Positions 57,423 to 64,000 of a stretch of DNA of 64,000 nucleotides are shown here, piece by piece. The translations under genes and the position numbers were made by a program. The first letter of the stretch is position 1. Each line of letters begins with the position of its first letter. The notes beneath the pieces were generated by a model. That model was not told the DNA's origin and did not search any database. It saw nothing but the letters and a program-made list of their open reading frames with translations. Source of the DNA: Balanoglossus misakiensis (Eukaryota; Animalia; Hemichordata). The stretch spans positions 11,855,398 through 11,919,397 of the forward strand of contig CM082588.2 of NCBI GenBank assembly GCA_040954595.2. Reading direction: 5' to 3'.

Positions 57423-60400
57423 TTAAAGACCATACAACACACCCAGCAGTGAGGGCGCTTTAGTGCATGTACACAATTAATAATTGATGCAGGACGGCTT
57501 GCCAATTAAATGTCTATTTTACAGAAAATATAAGGTACTTTCTCCATTTCCATTACAGATCTAGAATAGGCAAATTTGCAATTACACTCACTCGCATGAA
57601 TGAATGCTGGCATCTGTGGTGGGCGGCGTGGAACTTTACTTGGTGGCGTGCCGGGAAGGAAGGTGCTCTCCTCAGCTCAACTGCCACCAATAAACTGGCC
57701 CACAGCAGATGAGTTCATTTCAACAGGTGCCAAGCTCTTTGGCTAGAATAGATAAAATATATTGATGCCGCAATGAATGAATGAAAACAGTATGAATGAC
57801 CAGTCAATGGAGCTCTCCAATGGCACGTAAGAATTCTAGAATAGGCAAATTTGCAATTACACTCACTCGCATGAATGAATGCTGGCATCTGTGGTGGGCG
57901 GCGTGGAACTTTACTTGGTGGCGTGCCGGGAAGGAAGGTGCTCTCCTCAGCTCAACTGCCACCAATAAACTGGCCCACAGCAGATGAGTTCATTTCAACA
58001 GGTGCCAAGCTCTTTGGCTAGAATAGATAAAATATATTGATGCCGCAATGAATGAATGAAAACAGTATGAATGACCAGTCAATGGAGCTCTCCAATGGCA
58101 CGTAAGATTCTAGAATAGGCAAATTTGCAATTACACTCACTCGCATGAATGAATGCTGGCATCTGTGGTGGGCGGCGTGGAACTTTACTTGGTGGCGTGC
58201 CGGGAAGGAAGGTGCTCTCCTCAGCTCAACTGCCACCAATAAACTGGCCCACAGCAGATGAGTTCATTTCAACAGGTGCCAAGCTCTTCGGCTAGAATAG
58301 ATAAAATATATTGATGCCGCAATGAATGAATGAAAACAGTATGAATGACCAGTCAATGGAGCTCTCCAATGGCACGTAAGATTCTAGAATAGGCAAATTT
58401 GCAATTACACTCACTCGCATGAATGAATGCTGGCATCTGTGGTGGGCGGCGTGGAACTTTACTTGGTGGCGTGCCGGGAAAGAAGGTGCTCTCCTCAGCT
58501 CAACTGCCACCAATAAACTGGCCCACAGCAGATGAGTTCATTTCAACAGGTGCCAAGCTCTTTGGCTAGAATAGATAAAATATATTGATGCCGCAATGAA
58601 TGAATGAAAACAGTATGAATGACCAGTCAATGGAGCTCTCCAATGGCACGTAAGATCTGTCTTGAAATTGCAGAAAGTACTCTAATTTGAAACAGGGTTA
58701 AAGACCATACAACACACCCAGCAGTGAGGGCGCTTTAGTGCATGTACACAATTAATAATTGATGCAGGACGGCTTGCCAATTAAATGTCTATTTTACAGA
58801 AAATATAAGGTACTTTCTCCATTTCCATTACAGATCTAGAATAGGCAAATTTGCAATTACACTCACTCGCATGAATGAATGCTGGCATCTGTGGTGGGCG
58901 GCGTGGAACTTTACTTGGTGGCGTGCCGGGAAGGAAGGTGCTCTCCTCAGCTCAACTGCCACCAATAAACTGGCCCACAGCAGATGAGTTCATTTCAACA
59001 GGTGCCAAGCTCTTTGGCTAGAATAGATAAAATATATTGATGCCGCAATGAATGAATGAAAACAGTATGAATGACCAGTCAATGGAGCTCTCCAATGGCA
59101 CGTAAGAATTCTAGAATAGGCAAATTTGCAATTACACTCACTCGCATGAATGAATGCTGGCATCTGTGGTGGGCGGCGTGGAACTTTACTTGGTGGCGTG
59201 CCGGGAAGGAAGGTGCTCTCCTCAGCTCAACTGCCACCAATAAACTGGCCCACAGCAGATGAGTTCATTTCAACAGGTGCCAAGCTCTTTGGCTAGAATA
59301 GATAAAATATATTGATGCCGCAATGAATGAATGAAAACAGTATGAATGACCAGTCAATGGAGCTCTCCAATGGCACGTAAGATTCTAGAATAGGCAAATT
59401 TGCAATTACACTCACTCGCATGAATGAATGCTGGCATCTGTGGTGGGCGGCGTGGAACTTTACTTGGTGGCGTGCCGGGAAGGAAGGTGCTCTCCTCAGC
59501 TCAACTGCCACCAATAAACTGGCCCACAGCAGATGAGTTCATTTCAACAGGTGCCAAGCTCTTTGGCTAGAATAAATAAAATATATTGATGCCGCAATGA
59601 ATGAATGAAAACAGTATGAATGACCAGTCAATGGAGCTCTCCAATGGCACGTAAGATTCTAGAATAGGCAAATTTGCAATTACACTCACTCGCATGAATG
59701 AATGCTGGCATCTGTGGTGGGTGGCGTGGAACTTTACTTGGTGGCGTGCCGGGAAAGAAGGTGCTCTCCTCAGCTCAACTGCCACCAATAAACTGGCCCA
59801 CAGCAGATGAGTTCATTTCAACAGGTGCCAAGCTCTTTGGCTAGAATAGATAAAATATATTGATGCCGCAATGAATGAATGAAAACAGTATGAATGACCA
59901 GTCAATGGAGCTCTCCAATGGCACGTAAGATCTGTCTTGAAATTGCAGAAAGTACTCTAATTTGAAACAGGGTTAAAGACCATACAACACACCCAGCAGT
60001 GAGGGCGCTTTAGTGCATGTACACAATTAATAATTGATGCAGGACGGCTTGCCAATTAAATGTCTATTTTACAGAAAATATAAGGTACTTTCTCCATTTC
60101 CATTACAGATCTAGAATAGGCAAATTTGCAATTACACTCACTCGCATGAATGAATGCTGGCATCTGTGGTGGGCGGCGTGGAACTTTACTTGGTGGCGTG
60201 CCGGGAAGGAAGGTGCTCTCCTCAGCTCAACTGCCACCAATAAACTGGCCCACAGCAGATGAGTTCATTTCAACAGGTGCCAAGCTCTTTGGCTAGAATA
60301 GATAAAATATATTGATGCCGCAATGAATGAATGAAAACAGTATGAATGACCAGTCAATGGAGCTCTCCAATGGCACGTAAGATCTGTCTTGAAATTGCAG

Positions 60401-61581
60401 AAAGTACTCTAATTTGAAACAGGGTTAAAGACCATACAACACACCCAGCAGTGAGGGCGCTTTAGTGCATGTACACAATTAATAATTGATGCAGGACGGC
60501 TTGCCAATTAAATGTCTATTTTACAGAAAATATAAGGTACTTTCTCCATTTCCATTACAGATCTAGAATAGGCAAATTTGCAATTACACTCACTCGCATG
60601 AATGAATGCTGGCATCTGTGGTGGGCGGCGTGGAACTTTACTTGGTGGCGTGCCGGGAAGGAAGGTGCTCTCCTCAGCTCAACTGCCACCAATAAACTGG
60701 CCCACAGCAGATGAGTTCATTTCAACAGGTGCCAAGCTCTTTGGCTAGAATAGATAAAATATATTGATGCCGCAATGAATGAATGAAAACAGTATGAATG
60801 ACCAGTCAATGGAGCTCTCCAATGGCACGTAAGATCTGTCTTGAAATTGCAGAAAGTACTCTAATTTGAAACAGGGTTAAAGACCATACAACACACCCAG
60901 CAGTGAGGGCGCTTTAGTGCATGTACACAATTAATAATTGATGCAGGACGGCTTGCCAATTAAATGTCTATTTTACAGAAAATATAAGGTACTTTCTCCA
61001 TTTCCATTACAGATCTAGAATAGGCAAATTTGCAATTACACTCACTCGCATGAATGAATGCTGGCATCTGTGGTGGGCGGCGTGGAACTTTACTTGGTGG
61101 CGTGCCGGGAAGGAAGGTGCTCTCCTCAGCTCAACTGCCACCAATAAACTGGCCCACAGCAGATGAGTTCATTTCAACAGGTGCCAAGCTCTTTGGCTAG
61201 AATAGATAAAATATATTGATGCCGCAATGAATGAATGAAAACAGTATGAATGACCAGTCAATGGAGCTCTCCAATGGCACGTAAGATCTGTCTTGAAATT
61301 GCAGAAAGTACTCTAATTTGAAACAGGGTTAAAGACCATACAACACACCCAGCAGTGAGGGCGCTTTAGTGCATGTACACAATTAATAATTGATGCAGGA
61401 CGGCTTGCCAATTAAATGTCTATTTTACAGAAAATATAAGGTACTTTCTCCATTTCCATTACAGATGTATGTACGTATTTATGCATGTATGTAGCCAGCA
61501 AACACACAAAACATATTGTGTATATTCAATTCCATACAGTGTTTGATAATAAATATGTTGCTGTTTTACAATTTGGCATTC

Positions 61582-62720
61582 ACTGCTGATAATTAGGTTT
61601 CCATAGATACAAGCGGAATGCAATAGAAGAGGGATAACCATATACATGTATAGAAAAGGTAGGTTACCCCTTCCCCTATCATCCAAATACTACCACAGAG
61701 GGTGCTATACTATATGACCATCAACTGAGTATCATTCAAATACTCTGTGCACAGTGGGTAAATACACATTTGTTTTTTTAGGAGACTTTCATCAGTTGCA
61801 GTAAAATACAACGTGACTACACTATATACACCAATGAGAATGGCCATGTAATTCAGAGAGTGCTTGATATTAAAACTGTTTCATAGTTGTGGCCTTTACT
61901 GCTGATAATTAGGTTACCATAGATACAAGCCCAATCCAACAGGACAGGGATAAACATATGCAAAGACAAGATTAAACCCCACCTCCATAATCAAAATACT
62001 ACCGCAGAGGGCGCTATACTATATGACCATCAACTGAGTATCATTCAAATACTCTGTGCACAGTGGGTAAAGACACATTTGGTTTTTTAGGAGACTTTCA
62101 TCAGTTGCAGTAAAATACAACGTGACTACACTATATACACCAATGAGAATGGCCGTGTAATTCAGAGAGTGCTTGATATTAAAACTGTTTCATAGTTGTG
62201 GCCTTTACTGCTGATAATTAGGTTACCATAGATACAAGCCCAATGCAACATGACAGGGATAAACATATGCAAAGACAAGATTTAACCCCACCTCCATAAT
62301 CAAAATACTACCACAGAGGGCGCTATACTATATGACCATCAACTGAGTATCATTCAAATACTCTGTGCACAGTGGGTAAAGACACATTTGGTTTTTTAGG
62401 AGACTTTCATCAGTTGCAGTAAAATACAACGTGACTACACTATATACACCAATGAGAATGGCCGTGTAATTCAGAGAGTGCTTGATATTAAAACTGTTTC
62501 ATAGTTGCGGCCTTTACTGCTGATAATTAGGTTACCATAGATACAAGTGGAATGGAACCGGACAGGGATAAACATACAAAGGCTAGGTTAACCCCCCCCC
62601 CCCAAATACTACCACAGAGGGCGCTATACTGATCATCAAGTCAGTACCATTGAAATAAATCTGTGCAGAGTGGGTAAATTAGGCATTTGGTTCTTCAGAT
62701 TTTCATAAGTTGCACTAAAA
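61582..62720. repeat. ~309-bp tandem repeat, about 3.6 copies, unrelated to the main array
   Basis: ACTGCTGATAATTAGGTT starts at 61582, 61898, 62207 and 62516 (spacing 316, 309, 309). The inner copies are near-identical; the first and last are diverged, and the right end is approximate. Confidence 0.93.
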
Positions 62721-62851
62721 TGCTATGTGGCCCACTACAAGGACAAATAAGTCAAAAATGGCAAATTTGACGTTTACTTTGAGGTTGGCATGGGGCAAAC
62801 GAGACAATACAAGAACACTGAAACTCAATTAGTGAAACACTAAAGTTGTAC

Positions 62852-62857
62852 TTTATT
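62852..62857 (-). terminator. Putative polyadenylation signal AATAAA
   Basis: TTTATT on the + strand, ~185 nt downstream of the predicted stop at 63041. Confidence 0.45.
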
Positions 62858-63040
62858 TCTCTAACAAACTTAGAGAAAATTTACATGGCCATCTTTTTAC
62901 TCAGAGACCTGATGTTGAATAGAAATGTGGTAGTGCAGGTCCACATGAGTGCCGTGTACTAGCCTCTCTCTCTGCAAATCCATCCACAACTTGCATGCAG
63001 ATAGTGGGAGTCTGATGTAAGCAACTACTGCAGTTAATAC

Positions 63041-63115
63041 TTACAAAGTGTATTCCCTCCAACACCCCATGGACGGTATCATGTCATCACCAGTAGCTAT
63101 ATGTTCTTCTAACAC
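63041..63115 (-). CDS. Probable terminal coding exon of the same gene
   Basis: Strong acceptor TTTTTTTCTCTCAAG|, phase 0, reading VLEEHIATGDDMIPSMGCWREYTL*. A GTAAGT overlapping the stop could alternatively act as a donor. Confidence 0.65.
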   Translation of the reverse strand: MLEEHIATGDDMIPSMGCWREYTL

Positions 63116-63291
63116 CTTGAGAGAAAAAAATGGATTGTTACTGATAGATTACAAAGCACTGACAATACAAGAGGGGGAGGGGTAAGGTTTGTTGAGAGCA
63201 GTTGTTTTTTGCTAAACATTAGTGAAAATATGAAATTATTGACATGTAGGATTTAAATTTTATGATGTAAGAGTATTTTATAATATCTCAC

Positions 63292-63463
63292 CGGGACTTC
63301 AGTTGTCGCTGTAGTATTTAACCCAAGTTTAACTGTGCCACCCATGTCCATGCATGGCAAGGTTTTCTCTCCCAAAAGTTTCAGTTTGGTATCCCAGTTA
63401 CCATCAGTTGCACTTACTCCACGCCTTCTAAGTTGAATGCGATTTACCATCACAGGATTCATA
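63292..63463 (-). CDS. Internal coding exon (172 bp) of the same gene
   Basis: Acceptor TCTTTGCACCACAG| and donor CCG|GTGAGA. Length is 1+171 nt, open frame (S)MNPVMVNRIQ...TTATTEVP. Lies within ORF 63253..63480; phases fit both neighbours. Confidence 0.7.
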
Positions 63464-63919
63464 CTGTGGTGCAAAGACAATTAAAAACATCGATTGTAAG
63501 TCATTTGGTAGTGATACCATTGTGACCAAACCTCGTTTTAAAATACATGTAATCTGTCCTCGAAACTATCATTGTTTTTTTTCTAGAATATTAGAACGCG
63601 TTCAAAAATAAAAATGCGACCTGTAAGCGAGTGCCGCGTTTCAATTGGTACTGACGATAAACACCGCCACTCGGAGATAAAATCAACGTTTTTCTTAAAT
63701 GCAAGTGAACGCATGGAGGCGGCCATATTGAATTTAGGTTACATCCCAAGACATTCCGACTGGGCTTCAGGTGGATTCGGGAAAGGTCTCTAAAACATAA
63801 TCGGTCATCCAATTTTGTATACTAAATTTCTAAAAATGTAGGACATGGGAGGTTAACATACCCACAATGACTACACACAAAAAAGGGCCCAGGCGTTTCG
63901 GGGTGCGATTGTTACGTAC

Positions 63920-64000
63920 CTTAGCTCCATCATCTGCAACCGTGCAGCCAAGGCGTGGCAGTGAAATTGTGCCTCATTGAGGATACAGTCTAGATCCGGA
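63920..64000 (-). CDS. Internal coding exon (partial, runs off the window) of an unidentified spliced gene
   Basis: Open frame PDLDCILNEAQFHCHALAARLQMMEL ends at donor AAG|GTACGT (GT = 63919-63918), phase 2, compatible with the next exon. Weak resemblance to the last helix of KCTD-type BTB/POZ domains (unverified). Confidence 0.6.

Larger units (their letters stand above)
35314..60830. repeat. Second copy of a ~26-kb block (first copy 1 to ~26240); ~35-kb higher-order duplication
   Basis: Monomer order, rare SNPs and the piggyBac all recur. The offset is 35313, then 35314, then 34314 (1000-bp loss), then 34588 (274-bp gain). Confidence 0.92.
1..61465. repeat. Two-module tandem satellite array (A = 272-bp core, optional B = 179 bp); monomers of 272-276 bp (A only) and 452/454 bp (A+B); open at the left window edge
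   Basis: The same 272-bp sequence recurs head-to-tail throughout. ORF-track spacings of 274, 275 and 452 bp match. Hand count gives ~170 A and ~68 B copies, with only scattered SNPs. Confidence 0.99.

Noticed and set aside
259-59788. About 100 repeated 62-83 aa ORFs (MTSQW..., MVAVEL..., MMQDG...)
   Set aside because: They appear or vanish with the 1-4 nt filler at the monomer joint, overlap on both strands, often use non-ATG starts and resemble no known protein. They are chance frames in satellite DNA.
1-61465. CRISPR-like repeat/spacer array
   Set aside because: Units are far too long, the 'spacer' B is identical every time, there are no cas genes, and the context is eukaryotic.
61459-63812. 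ORFs 61459..61686 and 63591..63812
   Set aside because: The first spans the array edge and a repeat; the second lies within the predicted 456-bp intron. Neither has coding features.

Overview
This is eukaryotic DNA, probably from an invertebrate animal (inferred from spliceosomal introns, a piggyBac relic and AT-rich flanks). Positions 1-61465 are one extremely homogeneous head-to-tail array of two modules. Module A is a 272-bp core (CTAGAATAGG...GCACGTAAGA, about 170 copies by hand count). Module B is an optional 179-bp piece (TCTGTCTTG...CATTACAGA, about 68 copies), giving 272-276-bp and 452/454-bp monomers. B has TGT...ACA ends, 18/23-bp terminal inverted repeats and GATC on both sides. 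The A-to-B joint is invariant, while almost all length variation sits at the joint just before the CTAG of A. Monomer order forms nested higher-order repeats (1.0, 1.45, 1.9, 9.2, 13.3 and ~35 kb). A 1497-bp defective piggyBac sits in the TTAA of one B and was copied with the ~35-kb duplication. The array stops abruptly at a B terminus. It is followed by a ~309-bp x3.6 tandem repeat and the last three coding exons of a minus-strand spliced gene. The ~100 repeated short ORFs in the track are satellite artefacts.
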